In this document: piece by piece, positions 63,509 through 64,000 of the stretch
Numbering within the stretch: the stretch's first letter is position 1
How the letters are laid out: each line of letters begins with the position of its first letter
Assembly: GCA_010015585.1 (NCBI GenBank)
Contig: ML975159.1
DNA length: 64,000 nt
From: Eremomyces bilateralis CBS 781.70
Lineage: Eukaryota
Direction: 5' to 3' (one strand)
Program-made: the position numbers and the translations under genes
Notes under the pieces: generated by a model
Told to the model about the DNA's origin: nothing
What the model saw: only the letters and a program-made list of their open reading frames with translations
The model's database searches: none

Positions 63509-64000
63509 TCAGTCCAAATCTCGTGCCCTTTCACTGCTCCGCGAATTATTCGACCCTAGACTTCTCTGGTGAGCCCGTTCGCCGGTGACGCAGTGCTTCA
63601 TGATCCAGGGGTGGCGTTCAATCTCCTCGAGTGCAATGCGCTTTTCGGGGTCAAGCACCAGTAGCTGCATAACCGGTTAGCGTTCGTATTCGGGAGTTGA
63701 GCACCGCGGATCTTACCCGTTTGATTAGGTCCCTTGCTTCTGAACTGACGAACCCTGGGATGGTCATCTCGCAACGAACAATTCGCCGTTGCGTCATCAC
63801 ATGGGTGTCTTCGAACGGCGCTTCGCCCACAAGGAACTCGTATGTGAGCACCCCAAGGGCCCAAAGATCGACCTTTTCGCTGTACGTCCGATCCCCTCCA
63901 TTTTTGCTGCGCCCGGAGATCATCTCTGGCGGCAGGTAGTCGAGCGTGCCGCACATTGTGTCTCGCCGGTTGTTGGGCGCATGCACGCTCCATCCAAAAT
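63509..64000 (-). CDS. IPL1: Aurora kinase (Ipl1/Ark1), 3' part only; runs off the window end
   Basis: [48 protein letters not shown], then an intron and [21 protein letters not shown]. Confidence 0.93.

Overview
Eukaryotic DNA from a filamentous ascomycete (Pezizomycotina-type), judged from short GT..AG introns with CTAAC/CTGAC branch points and fungal gene families. No rRNA, tRNA or CRISPR features were recognised. The window has three zones. (1) 1-14 kb is gene-dense: RRD1/PTPA, a lineage-type protein with a possible Myb-like C-terminus, a complete but defective DD34E Tc1-like transposon with an intron, an amidase, a Ser/Thr-rich type I membrane protein and an Slm1-like PH protein. (2) 14-34 kb is a gene-sparse accessory zone: an SDR pseudogene, a secreted class-3 lipase, a secreted alpha/beta hydrolase, a Zn2Cys6 transcription factor, small orphan genes and relics, a 446-bp fold-back Tc1 derivative and a DUF4419 protein. 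(3) 34.5-64 kb is a housekeeping block: SPT6, NOP58, SPC1, RBX1, SEC61, alkaline phosphatase, aspartokinase, BUR1, PRO1, ATP23 and a partial Aurora kinase. The most notable observations are a 501-bp hAT MITE (18-bp TIRs, 8-bp TSD) inserted in the alkaline phosphatase exon just before the catalytic serine, a Tc1 derivative whose left arm appears to be an inverted copy of its own 3' end, and an orphan repeat-protein locus (50.6-53.7 kb) with tandem duplications at about 15, 21/63, 175 and 180 bp. Exon boundaries were read by eye and product calls come from motif recognition only; no searches were run. I did not find a clearly novel multi-gene system.
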